Assembly (NCBI RefSeq): GCF_009914755.1
Contig: NC_060929.1
Source of the DNA: the human T2T-CHM13v2.0 reference genome, Homo sapiens
DNA length: 64,000 nucleotides
Reading direction: 5' to 3' (one strand)
In this document: positions 50,201 to 64,000 of the stretch, one piece after another
How the letters are laid out: each line of letters begins with the position of its first letter
How positions within the stretch are numbered: the stretch's first letter is position 1
Position numbers and translations under genes: made by a program
The notes under the pieces: generated by a model
Databases searched by the model: none
What the model was told of the DNA's origin: nothing
Seen by the model: only the letters and a program-made list of their open reading frames with translations

Positions 50201-50715
50201 AGAGCAGAGCTGAGTGCTGGTGGCAGTCACGTGTTTGGGTCTTTGAGTGCCAGAGTTGCAGCAGGAGTGAGTCTTGGGAACAGGAGCGCTCATTTCGCTC
50301 ATTTTGAGGCGAGCTTTGACCACCAGGCTCAGAGTCACACAGAACTGGGTGTGAGTCCCAGTTGTGCATTCTGCATGCCTGACCTGTGTGAGATTCAGTT
50401 ACATCCTCTAGGGCTAATTTAATATAGGGTTAATACCTGAAAGCAAGCCAGGAGATCCAACATTATTTCCTTTGAGGGAATGTACTACTCCAGCTTCTCC
50501 ACTTTGCAAACTCCTACTTGGCCTTCAAAACCCCATTCAGTGTCACCTCCAAGCAGTCAGATTCTCTCTGCCACGCCCCCACATAGAATGAATGCTTACT
50601 ATACGCCGGGCATTGTGTTGTTGCATTTCATCTGCACAATGACCCTGAAAGGTGGGGACTAAAATATCACAGTTTTGCAGATGAGGCACCAGAAATGTAA
50701 AGAGTTTAATTAACT

Positions 50716-51076
<361 letters not shown>

Positions 51077-52055
51077 TCATTTTGCTCTCTCCTCCACAAA
51101 ACTATGAACTCTCTGGACCTTGTTTATCTCTGCATCCTGCCTCTCAGGCGAGCTCCTTGGGCTGTGTGCCCTTCTCCTACCCGAGAGCCTTTACGCCAGA
51201 TGGAAGCATGTACACACATGCCAACCACCAAGAGAAACTCGGAAGTCCCTCTTTCCATTCACCCACCCTCTCGGCCCCAGCCTGCATCCCCGCCCTTTAA
51301 GAATGCCCCGGGACATAGAAGAGAGGCTGAATTCGAATGCCCCCAGGAACCTACTAGGCATGCAGAGAAAGCTGGTGTGGGGAGGCTCCCCTTAATGGAG
51401 AACCCAGCCCTTCTGAAGGGCCAGCTTCTGTCTATGGATTTGGAAATCTCTTCCAAACGCATCATTAAGTATCAAAGCAAAGACAGAGCCTATTATAAAT
51501 GAAAGACAGTTGAGGGAATATCTATTCATATTTATTTTTACCTGCATTAAAAAAAAAAACCCTGAAAGGATGCACAAGAAACTCAAATAAGGGTTTCTTT
51601 GTGGTGGGGGGTTGAGACCAGTGAATGGTGGCAGGTGTAGGAGTTGGAGATTTCATTCTATACTGTTGTGTATTGTTTTGATTGTTGAACCCTAAGATGT
51701 ATTATTTATTTGATATAAACATTAAAATTTGTAGATAACAGAAGAGGAAAGCCCCACTCCCCTCCAGCTGACTAACGCTGTGCAGAGATGCGGGCCCTGT
51801 GTGGCTGGAGTTTGCAGTTACTCAGAAGAAACCAGAATACAGGAGCTTAATGTGAAATAGCTGGATTTTTTAAAACACGTCTTCTCATTATTTTTTATTG
51901 TGGCAAAATCCATATCAATAACATTTCCCATCTTACCCATTCTTAAGTGTACACTTCAGGGGCATGAAGTACATTCACACTGTTGTGCAGCCATCACCAC
52001 CACCCCTCTCCAGAACTCTTTCCATCTTGTTAAGCCAAAACCCTGTGCCCCTTAA

Positions 52056-52428
<373 letters not shown>

Positions 52429-52723
52429 CTGCTTTCTGTCTTTGTGATTCTGACTCCTCCAACTACCTCATGCAAGTGGAGTCATACAGTATTCGTCCTT
52501 CTGTGTCTGGCTTGTTTCATGCAGCGTCATGTCCTCAAGTTCCATCCAGGCTGCAGCATGTGCCATGATTTTCCTCCTTCCTAAGGCTGAATCATACTCC
52601 ATGTGTGTATGTGCACATTTGGTGTCTGTCATGGACCCTTGGGTTGCTTCTGTGCTTTCACTATTGTGAACAGTGCTGCTGTGAACCTGAGTGGACAAAT
52701 GTCTCTTCAAGTCCCTGCTTTTA

Positions 52724-53035
52724 TTTATTTATTTATTTATTTATTTATTTTTGAGACAGAGTCTCACTCTGTCTCCCAGGCTGGAGTGCAGTGGTGCAAT
52801 CTCAGCTCACTGCAACCTCTGCCTCCCTGGTTCAGGTGATTTCTCCTGCCTCAACCTCCTGAGTAGCTGGGATTACAGGCACGCACCACCACACCCGGCT
52901 AATTTTTGTATTTTTAGTAGAGATGGGGTTTCACCATGTTGGCCAGGCTGGTCTCAAGCTCCTGACCTCAAGTAATCCACCCGCTTTGGCCTCCCAAAGT
53001 GCTGGGACTACAGGCGTGAGCCACCACGCCCGGCC
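52724..53035 (-). mobile_element. Alu (AluS-type) with (TTTA)n tail
   Basis: Reverse-strand Alu with a 15-bp TSD aagtccctgctttta at 52709-52723 and 53036-53050. Confidence 0.95.
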
Positions 53036-53161
53036 AAGTCCCTGCTTTTAATTCTTTTGAGTATATCCCCAGAAGTGGAATGCTGCCTCATATGGTACTT
53101 CTATTTTTAACTTTCTGAGAAAGTGACATGCTGTTTCCCCAATGTTTAAATGTTGATAATT

Positions 53162-53337
53162 ACTGTATTTCACCAATACTAAGCAGTACATATTTTCACA
53201 TATTAAAATCACTGAAATTGGGGGCCATCTTACAATTGCTGGATGTCAGAGTTTGTGAGCTTTATTTCCTTGGTGGTAGGTAAAATAGAGGCTTACCTTG
53301 CAATCAGTGTCACAGTAGATTTGATGAAATAGTACAG
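53162..53337. mobile_element. MER104-like (TcMar) MITE
   Basis: ctgtatttcaccaatactaag...tagatttgatgaaatagtacag degenerate inverted ends; ~180 bp. Confidence 0.6.
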
Positions 53338-54429
53338 AAATGGTAATGTAGATAAATGTTTTTAAACATTTGCAGCCCAAAGAGAGCACCCCCTGAGAGC
53401 CAGACAGACCCAGGGACTGCCGGCTCAGGCTGGGGCTGGCTCCTCTTCAGCCCCCCAGCTCCCTGCTGCCTCATCCCATGGAGCACTGTGTGGCCCAGTC
53501 CTCAGCCATCTATCCTTCACAGGGGAGAGGCTCAGATACCACCACCAGGGCCTCACACTGGGGCCGGCAAAAGTAGATGCTAATAATGCGTATTGAATGG
53601 AGGAAGCCAGGCAGAGGAATGATTTTGAGACAAATTAGAGTCAGACGTGGCCTCGTGGTCCACCTGGACTCAGTCTTGGGGCCAGGGGCAAAGGTTCACT
53701 GCCCAGGGCTGACCGAGCAAAGGATCTGCAGCCAAGAAGTCATTCAAGAAAACCAGGTTTCCAGAACCCATGGGCCAAAAGACAGTGACTGTCTGACGGG
53801 GCTTTGAGAGATCAACAGCTTAAGCCAAAAGAGAAAGATGTTTTGACACAGACCAAAAATCCTGGGGGTCTTGCCCCAGGGAAAGTCAGAGACGCAAACC
53901 CAGTCCCTAGGGGTCCCAGACCCTTTGTGCAGAGAAACCCACGTTTCCAGGGCAACCACCGCCTCCTAAGTAGGCAATCTCATCTGCCAAGGAATGCATC
54001 TTAAAATATTCTCATGTTTAATATATTGAGAACAAACAGTGCACCAGGCCCCATGCCAAGGGCTTCATGAGCTGTCACTTAATTCGCACAGGGAGAATCC
54101 GGTCCCCTCTTCAGATCTGATGCCAGCGGGGTTCTCAGGCTCAGAAGCCTAACCCCAAGGTCACACATAATTTCATCCAAGTCTGTCTGACCCCCTGATT
54201 TTTTCCCATTTCCCCAGGAAGCTGGGGCCCCTTTGATGCTGGACCCACTCTGATATACCCCAGAAACACGGTCAGTGGGCCATGCAGTGTGTCTCCAGGC
54301 AGCCACACAGACACGTGTCACATGCGATCACGTGAGCCACATTCCTGAATTTAGCACACGCCCCCAAACAGCCGACCAGTCCCATGCCCCTTCGCCCTCT
54401 CGATGGAATGGGGAGGGCTCCCAGGTGGA

Positions 54430-55290
<861 letters not shown>

Positions 55291-56325
55291 TCAGAAAACT
55301 ACCTATAAAGTATGTAATAGCTATCATTTGCGAGTCCTTATCAGTTAACCAAGTGTTAGCTAAGGACATTTATCCCTATTTCACAGAGAAGTGAACTCAG
55401 GTGTTAGGTGGATACTGCGATGCACCACTCAGGTTCCCCTTCAGAAATAAAGGACCTATTACCCCAGCTGTAGGAAGTGCCACCATCAGACAGCCCTCAG
55501 CTATCCGCACCTTCAAGGGTTGCCTCCACAGGAAAGGGCCACCTCACCTGGGCCACACGCTGTTCCCAAAACTGCCCGCATCCAGTGACTGATCAACATG
55601 GCGCTACAAAGGCCAGGCCCTCTTGCTCCAGTGAGGACAGCTCCAAAGGCTCCTACCACCTTCGGAGCTCCCAGCAAGCCAGCAGAGGCTGCCATCCTGT
55701 GTTGCAAATTGACTTCCCTCCTTACCCAGTCCTGCTTCTCGCCCTTTCCTTCCACAGGTGTTGATCCCAAAATTAACTCTCCATAAATATCCTGCATGCT
55801 GAACTTCATCACAGTCTTTTTTCCAGGAACCCAACCTGTTACAGTTGGTGCTGAACATGAGTCAGGAAAGCAGACACTGGGGTGGAGAGGTTGGAGCTGA
55901 ACCACCTGCTGCTCAGCTGGCAATGAGACGCCTGGCACCGATCGCCCCTGGCCCAGGTGATGAAGGATGCTGGACTTGTGAAAGAAATTCATTAACTGGT
56001 GTGATGTGTCAGTGTGACAGATTTGAGAAAGACGGGGGTGGAGGGTCGGGGGGCGGAAGTAATATAACAGTTGAACTGGGTGGCTATTGTTAAACCCACT
56101 TGATCTGGAAAGCAATAACAAAAAGCTAAGCGTGATTAATCAGCAATTAAAGGCTAACGTGAAAGCCAGAGGCCCTTCTGTTGGCGTTTAAAGAGGCTCT
56201 CATCTGCACCAGGAGGACGGAGAAAGCAGAAACCAGGCTCAGGATCCACAGAAGATGCAACTCCAACCAAGGCAGGTCTACTGTGCCAAGGCCAGGGCCC
56301 TGGTTAGAAGAGAGCGCAACCCTGT

Positions 56326-56920
<595 letters not shown>

Positions 56921-57518
56921 TCATTAGGCCAATGACTAGGATGAAGTCACAACAGCAACCAGCTGTGGGCATGTTGAGCCTGGTGAGGAAAGATGGGGCT
57001 ATACCCCAAAGGAGCTGTAGGACCTACCCAGCACAGGTCTGCAGGAACATGGGATTGGAATCCAAGGGTGTCTGGTCAAGGAGGTCAGAAGGTAAGGTTA
57101 GATAAGGGAGTATTTATCAACTTGGGAGAACTCTCCCAGGATACAGGATTTAATACTCTCACCAGTGTCCCAGGAGATGGTGCAAACTCACTACAGATGG
57201 TTCCTAGAAACATGGGAAAAAGCAGCGGCCAACATGAAGTGAGAACTGCTGGAGCAGACGGTAGGCCCTTGGCACTTAGGCTCAGAGAGGTGGGCCCACC
57301 AGAGGAGGTGTGCCATGTAAGGCTGGAACTCCCAGAGGCCTGTGCTGCACACAGGACCCAGATGATAACCCACTTACCAAGGATGTTAGGAATGGATCAC
57401 TTAGAAATTCAGTGATGGCTCCTCTCTGGGGACCAGGGCTGGCAGGAGGAATTGCCACTGTACAACCAGGCTTACTCACAGAAATGATCCCAAGGACCTT
57501 GGAAAACTAGAAGCCATC

Positions 57519-57864
57519 TACCTTAGTGCTGCTGTAACAAAATGCCATAGGCTGGGTGGCTTATAAAGAAATTTATTTCTAACAGTTCTGGAGGCCGGGA
57601 AGTCCAAGATCAAAGTAGATTTGGTGTCTGCTGAAGGCCCACTTTCTGGCTCATAGATGGTGCCTTCTCACTGTGTCCTCAGAGTGTAGAACAGGCAGGG
57701 CAGCATGCTGGGACATCTTTTCATTAGGGCACTAGTCCCATTCATGAGGCTCCATCTTCATGACCCAATCGCCTTCCAAAGGCCCCACCTCCTGATACCC
57801 TCACATTGGTGGTCAGGTTTCAACGTATGAATTTTGGGGAGACACCAACATTCAGACCATGGCA
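57519..57864 (-). mobile_element. MaLR solo LTR (MLT1A-like) nested in the ERVL
   Basis: Typical MLT1A text (gctgtaacaaaatgccataggctgggtggcttataa...ttcagaccatggca) with a 5-bp TSD CCATC at 57514-57518 and 57865-57869. Confidence 0.88.
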
Positions 57865-58439
57865 CCATCAGAAGGCAGGAAGATGTCATTGTGGTGAGTG
57901 GTAGGGTAGAGAGGAGGCCAGGGGAGCCTGACCTACAGAGACCTGTGGAGTGAATAGAACTTGGCACCCCTAGGGGCCACATAGATATGGAGCCAATAAG
58001 GATACTACTGTATCTGCATAATCAAAAACAGCACGGATGGATGGCTGGGAAGCTAAGGACAGTCACCTTAATTTAAAAAAAAGTAAAAATCCCTTCCGCA
58101 ATGTCCATCCCTGAGCAAGTTCTTGGACGTGGAAACTTGATAGACAGAAAGCCTATGTCCCCAGGAGGAAGAACCCCATGACTGCACACAGCGAGGATTC
58201 CTCCATTTCTTCCCAGCGTTACTCAGATAACTGTGTACTGGGGAAGGGGAAACCCAGAGCATTAGCATGGCCCCTCCTAAGGGAGCCAGGTGATAAATGG
58301 AGTTCTAGCTTAGGTCCAGCTCACCCACAGTCCATGGTCCCACCGTCAGTGGTCTCCAAATGTATAACTGTAATTGACATACTTAGTAATTGACACAAGC
58401 CCTTTATCCTGTGAGGTAAGAGCTATCATAGTGGGGAAA

Positions 58440-60230
58440 TCCAAGTGGAAGCCTCTGAAACTCCCCCTTCTGGCCAAGATGGCAAATTAAAAAGCAGTAT
58501 TACATCCCAGGGGATGGCAAAGATGAGTGCTGTTCTTAAAGATCTAAAAGATGCATGGATGATCATTCCTATTATAGTCCCATTTAATTCACCAGTCTGT
58601 TCCCCATGGAAACTACCAGAAGTGCAACAACTAGTAGCCCCATTGCAGCTTCCTTGCTAGGTGTGGTATTGCTGCTAGAGAAGATTAATATGAATTCAGG
58701 GAGCCAGGCAAAGTGGCTCATGCCTACAGTCCCAGCATTTGGGAGGCTGAGGTTGGTGGATCATTTGAAGTCAGGAGTTTGAGACCAGCTTGGTCAACAT
58801 GATAAACCCCATCTCTGTTAAAAATACAAAAACTGGCCAGGCATGGTGGCTCATGCCTGTAATCCCAGCTACTCAGGAGGCTGAGGCAGGAGAATCACTT
58901 CACCTGGGAGGCAAAGGTTGTGTGAGCCAAGATCGCGCCCCACTGCACTCCAGCCTGGGTGACAGAGTGAGATTCCGTCTCAAAAAAAAATTGAATTCAG
59001 GTACATGTTATGAAGCCATTAATCTGGTGAATATGTTCATTTCCATCTCAATCAAGAAAGAGAATCAGAAAGAGTTCACATTCACATGGAAGGGACAACA
59101 GTATACATTCACAACTTTCATCAGAGCTCTGTCATGACCATCCAAAAAGATCTGGATCATCGGACATCCTGCAGAACATCACACTGATCCAGTACACTGA
59201 TGTCATCATGCTGATCAGGCAGATAGACAAGCAGTACCTAGCATGCTGGAAGCCAAAGGGTGAGAGAGAAAACTACTGAAGATCGAGAGGCCACCACATT
59301 AGTAAAATTTCTAGGAATTCAATGGTCTGGTGAATACTGGGACATACCTACAAAGCAAAGATAAATTATTTAATCTTTTACCTCCCACCATGAAGAAGAA
59401 ATCCTAACACCTGATAGGTAGATCTGGAGGCAACATATTTCATAGCTAGGAATACTGCTCCAACCCCATATGCCAATGCCATGAAAGGCTGCCAAGGCCC
59501 AGAGCAAGAAAGGATTCTGCAAAAGTGTCAGGCTGCTAGAGCCATCAACCCCATCCCTTGACTTGAGCCATACAGTACTCAGCAGACCCTATGGTGTCAG
59601 CCATGTGAGTGATAGGAAGAGATGCCAGTGAAGAATGCAAGCTCCAATGGGAGAATCCCTTAGGATCTGGAGACTCCCTAAAATTTGGGAGTGAATTACA
59701 ATTAGCAGCAAAGGATTATTCACCTTCTGAAAACAGGTCCTGGTGTGCCTGTGCTACTAGCCCTCATGTGACACACAACACCCAGACATGAGACACCGAG
59801 TGATCAGGCAGCTGGAACTGCCTGTCATGAGCTGGGTCTGCCAGACCCAATCAATCAATCTAACATGGTGGGGACATCCCGGGTCAAACATGAGCACGCC
59901 TTGAGGACACCAGCAAGCTACACGGCAGGTAGCCCAGACCCCACATCATCCCCACTGAGGCACCAGCAGCCTCAGCTCATTCGAATGGCCACATGGGGGA
60001 CTCCCATGTCACCAGCTGAAGAGGATAAAACTGAGATTGGTTTGGCTTGGCATGTGGCAGATGACTACACTGGACCCTCTCCTGAAAGATCAGGAATAGA
60101 GACCAGTTCCACATAGAGATTTGCCTTTCCTGCCCATGGATTCTCTGCTCAAGGGTCTATGAAGTGTTTGATTCACTGGCACACGATGCCACATAACATC
60201 ACTTCTGACTCAACAGCCCATCTTATAGCA
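58440..60230 (+). pseudogene. Disrupted ERVL pol (reverse transcriptase to integrase) remnant
   Basis: Peptides IIPIIVPFNSPV, GTCYEAINLVNMFISISIKKENQKEFTFTWKGQQYTFT, LIQYTDVIML (decayed YxDD at 59193-59204), VKFLGIQWSG (59302-59331), GIETSST*RFAFPA (60093-60134) and MPHNITSDSTAHL (60186-60224) resemble HERV-L Pol; broken by stops, frameshifts and an Alu. Confidence 0.82.
58701..58991 (+). mobile_element. Alu inserted in the ERVL pol remnant
   Basis: Full Alu with TSD tgaattcagg at 58691-58700 and 58992-59001. Confidence 0.94.
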
Positions 60231-62399
60231 ATAACCCTGCAGGGGCGGGAGTGGGCTGGCCCATGACCAGGGATCCACTGTTAATACTGCACACCACATG
60301 ACCCCAAAGCTGCTGGCCCGATGAAGACAGAGCTGCAATGCCAGTTCAGAAACAAGCCTTCACAAGGTTTCAGTACCATCCTCCAAGATGCAGTATCACT
60401 TCAAATCAAATACTATATATGGCACTGCATCCCCACTGGGCAGAATACACGGGTCTAGGAACCTAGGGGTAGAAGCTTAAGCGGCCCAGTGGCCCACTTA
60501 AAGAATTTGTGCTTTCTGTCCCTCAACTCTGGGTTCCGTAAGTTTAGAGGTCCTTGTTCCCAAAGAGAAAATACTTCTGCAAGGTGGCACAGCCAGAGTC
60601 CCTCAAAGTCGAAGCACAGTCGCCTCCTTGGCACTCTGGGTTTCTTGTCCTTGCATCAAGGGGCCAGCGGTAAGAAGAGGAGTCGCATCCTGGCATCCAG
60701 AAGCGGTTGCATATGGGGTCTGGGAGGAATATGTTTGACATCCAGGCGATGCCCTTGGGTGCTTCTTGGTACTCCCTTGCCCAATTTTGATGTTAAGTTG
60801 ACAAGTGTAGCAACCCTGGCCTGAAAATAGCATGGTGACCAGGGTCTCAGTTCCCTCAGGTAATCAGGAGACCAACAGAGATGTCGTCTGAGAGTGAGGT
60901 GGTCTATAATGGGTAGTGGAGTGGGCAGGTGAGGATGTCAGTTGCAGCCCTGAGACCCCAAAACTTCAGAGGTAGGGGTTGGAGTTCATCCCAGTAATTT
61001 TCCTCTTCAAGTTGCCTCCTAGAAGAGCTTCTCACAGAACTTACATGAAGTGGATCCAAGAGGTGACTGTGAAGGACTCTGTAAGGTGCCACCCAGGTCC
61101 CTCTGCAGGAATAAAGGACTTATTACCCCAGCTGCTGGGAGTACTGCCTGCAGAAAGTTGACAGCCCTCATGCTCCATTCCCAGGGAGGCCTACATCCAA
61201 TGACCCAATGTGGGGTCACTGGCACCAATGTGGGGTGCCAAGTACCCGAACTTTTGCTTTGACTCGGGACAGTCCTGAGGGGTCATCCCATCCTCAGGCC
61301 AGCTGAGCCTTCTGCTGAGATAGCATCATAGGTCAGCCTCCCCCTTTGCCCAAGCCTGCTCCTCCCCACTCCCTTCCAATGGTATTGACTTCAGGAGCAC
61401 TGGCCAATGAGCCCCCACACACTTCATCTCAGAGACCTGCCCAAGCTCATACTCAGACCTGAAGTGGCAGAAACAAACCTCAGACTCACTGTGGCTGTCC
61501 AAAGCCCAGAGATTGGAAAGGTTAGCACGTGCAGGACTCAGAAGTGAGAAACAGAGCAGATACCTTGGATGCAATGAAGATTTGAACTCCATACAAGGAA
61601 TGATAGTCTAATTACCTTAGGCTGCTTGTGATGTTGCTCAGTTTCTGCTCACAGGATGGGGAAGGGGAGATATTCCAGAAGAACAGAGCAGCCCCCTCAC
61701 CCATCTCAGGCTTGGGGGTCATTCAGATCTGAGAATGTCAGAGCTTTCACTTCCTAGCTGTGGGGACTTGAGCAAACCGCTCCACCTCCCTGAGCCTCAG
61801 TTTCCCCCACTCCAAACTGGAGCCAATAAGATGCACCTGTGATTCTTGCGTAGATCACATTTGCAGGGCTCCTCGTGCACAGAAATCTCTCGGTAAATGT
61901 GGCCATTATTATTCAAGAGCCGAGGAGCTAATTAGCCTCGCTGCTGATGCAACAGGAATTCACAGCGCGGGGACTGGCCTGCTGAAGGGAGGACGAGGCT
62001 GGAACATCTCATTTTGACAAATGGCTTTTGTTTACCCACGACTGGCAAACAAACGCTCCACGACGTGCGGCTAATCACCTAAAAATAACAGCACATATGT
62101 TCCCTCTGAGGAGTGTTCCTTGCTAACAAGCACAGTGGCTGTGGGCTGCTGGGGGTGGGGTGGGGACACTCTGCACTCCTCTGAGGCAAATTCAAAAGCC
62201 TCTCTCTCTGCCCCCAGCCGTCCTCCTGCACCCCACATCCATCCTGCTGCCCAGCCCTGTCCGCAGCGCCACACACAAACCACCCTCCCTTGTGTCTCCC
62301 TGCACCACCCCCCGACCAAGTCCCCGGCTGCTGTGCTGGGGCAGGGCTGGTGCCACAGTCCCCTTTCTGCCCTCCTGGCCTTGCTCCATCCCCTCCACC

Positions 62400-63085
62400 C
62401 TGCCCCGGAGGCACCCTTCTAAAACACACACATCTGACTAGTCACTCCCCTTCTCGGAACTCCTCATGGCTCTCTCTGCCTCCAGGCCATGCTAGTCTCA
62501 TTTCCCACACTACCTGGGCCTGACCATCAGTGTGCACCAGGGCCTTCCAGCCTCCAGGCCTCTGCAGATGTTGGAGTAGGGCTGCTTCTCTACCTACACA
62601 CCTCCTCCACCCTCGGGCAGGTGCTCAGCTCTAAATGACATCCAAGCTGATGACGAATGAATGAGTTCTCTCTGAACTCCTGCCCACTGCATGTCTCCTC
62701 CTGGTTGTCCAGTGGGCATCTCTGAACCGTGTCCAAAAGCACACGCGAACACACACACACACACGATCCTCCTGCAATCTTATTGGTTGCTCAGGCCAAA
62801 AGCCTTGGAGTCCTCCATGTCCCCCACCTGCCATCCCACAACCAACCCATTAGCAAATGGGGTCAGCTGTCTTCAAAACACACGCAGACTCCCCTCAGCA
62901 CCTGCACACTGCCTCCTGGCGCCTCCATCCCACCTCTCACCTCCAGCGGCTCCCCCCTCTTGCCAGCCACAGTCCGCTCACACCCCAGGACCCTTTAAAA
63001 CTGGTCACGCCCCGTCTCTCCTGCACCCCAAAGCTTCCAGTGACTTCCATCTCAGAGTAAAGCCAAAGTCTTGTAGAGGCCACAG
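62400..63085 (+). mobile_element. L2 fragment
   Basis: Pyrimidine-rich L2 body text (ttgctcaggccaaaagccttggagtc...tccagtgacttccatctcagagtaaagccaaagtc). Confidence 0.6.
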
Positions 63086-63086
63086 C

Positions 63087-63734
63087 TAGGGTGGCCAGAT
63101 TTCACAAACAAAAAGGCAGGATGCCCGTTAGGTTTGAATTTCAAGGACATGTTAAGTGAAATAAGCCAGACACAGAAAAACAAATACCACGTGATCTCAC
63201 ATGGACATGCGAACTCTGAAAAAGCCAAATTCATTGAAGCAGAAAGTAGAATGGTGGTTACCAGAGGCTGGCGGACAGGGAGTGAGAATTGGGGAGCTGT
63301 GGGTCAAAGGACACAAAGTTCCAGTTAGGGAGAATAAGTGAAAGAGCCCCATGGTACGTCGTGGCAGCATAGCTAATGACAGTGTACTGCATTCTTGAAA
63401 ATCGCTAAGAGTAGATTTTAAGTGTTCTCACCACAGGAAAAAAAAAACAAGGTGGGAAGTAATGCATATGTTAATTAGCTCAATTTAGTCATCCCATAAA
63501 TGTATACATATTCCAAAACATCATATTGTAGGCCATAAGAATATGCAATTTTTATTGGTCAATTAAAACAATGTTTTAAAAAGAAGAAAGGGATATTAGG
63601 AACTAAAAATCTTTTTTTGAATTTCAGAGAAAGGCAAACTTGCGTGGGACACACTTATACTAAAAAATTATTTGCTGCTTATCTGAAATTCCAGTGTAAC
63701 TGGGCATCCTGTAATTTTCCAGCAGCCAGACCTA
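63087..63734. mobile_element. MER53-like palindromic DNA transposon split by an L1 fragment
   Basis: Left end tagggtggccagattt...caggatgccc...tttgaatttca and right end tgggacacacttatactaaaaaattatt...tctgaaattc...aactgggcatcctgta. Confidence 0.75.
63144..63615 (+). mobile_element. 5'-truncated L1 (L1MA-like 3' end)
   Basis: ttaagtgaaataagccagacacagaaa...agtagaatggtggttaccagaggctgg...agtagattttaagtgttctcaccac; 11-bp TSD tttgaatttca at 63133-63143 and 63616-63626. Confidence 0.88.
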
Positions 63735-64000
63735 CAAAGCCTGAGATGACCGGGTACACCCCCGCACCCCATCGTACCTCACGCCCCCCACCTCCCCTGC
63801 AGCTTGGGTGTCCTGCTTTTCCCAGAGCCCAGAGAGAGTTCCTCCACTTCAGGAATGCGTCCCGCCATCCCCTCTGCTCCTGGTATCCCTGTGGGCCACT
63901 CCCCTGGCCCCTGCAGATCTCTGCCCAGATGGCGTCTCTCGCCGAGGCCTGTCCTGACCAGCCAGTACAAAACAGCAGCTCTGCCACTGCCCCCTCACTG

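Noticed and set aside
56993-59137. Possibility of an intact or domesticated ERVL gag/pol gene
   Set aside because: Homology is fragmentary, the YxDD motif has decayed to YTDV, and the frames are broken by stops, an MLT1 LTR and an Alu.

Overview
This is primate, almost certainly human, genomic DNA rather than a microbial window: it is rich in Alu, MIR, L2 and MLT repeats and carries a spliced gene. It contains the complexin-2 gene (CPLX2, 5q35 in human) on the + strand. A CpG-island promoter with a non-coding first exon ends at 25403. Three coding exons (32436-32466, 32604-32779, 33544-33741) splice to the 134-aa complexin-2 protein, followed by a ~4 kb 3' UTR. The rest is intronic or intergenic sequence made largely of old transposon relics, including a ~6 kb ERVL-class provirus remnant with both LTRs (55402-61445). 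I did not find a new biological system, and nearly all entries in the ORF track are spurious. The most interesting signals are regulatory: a near-perfect REST/RE1 site with surrounding half-sites in intron 1, a short uORF ending 14 nt before the start codon, three miR-135 seed sites, a 3' end with no canonical AATAAA while a doubled AATAAA sits in intron 3, a ~220 bp GA tract next to the promoter, and a motif-dense candidate enhancer near 62 kb. Repeat family names come from my memory of consensus sequences and repeat boundaries are approximate.
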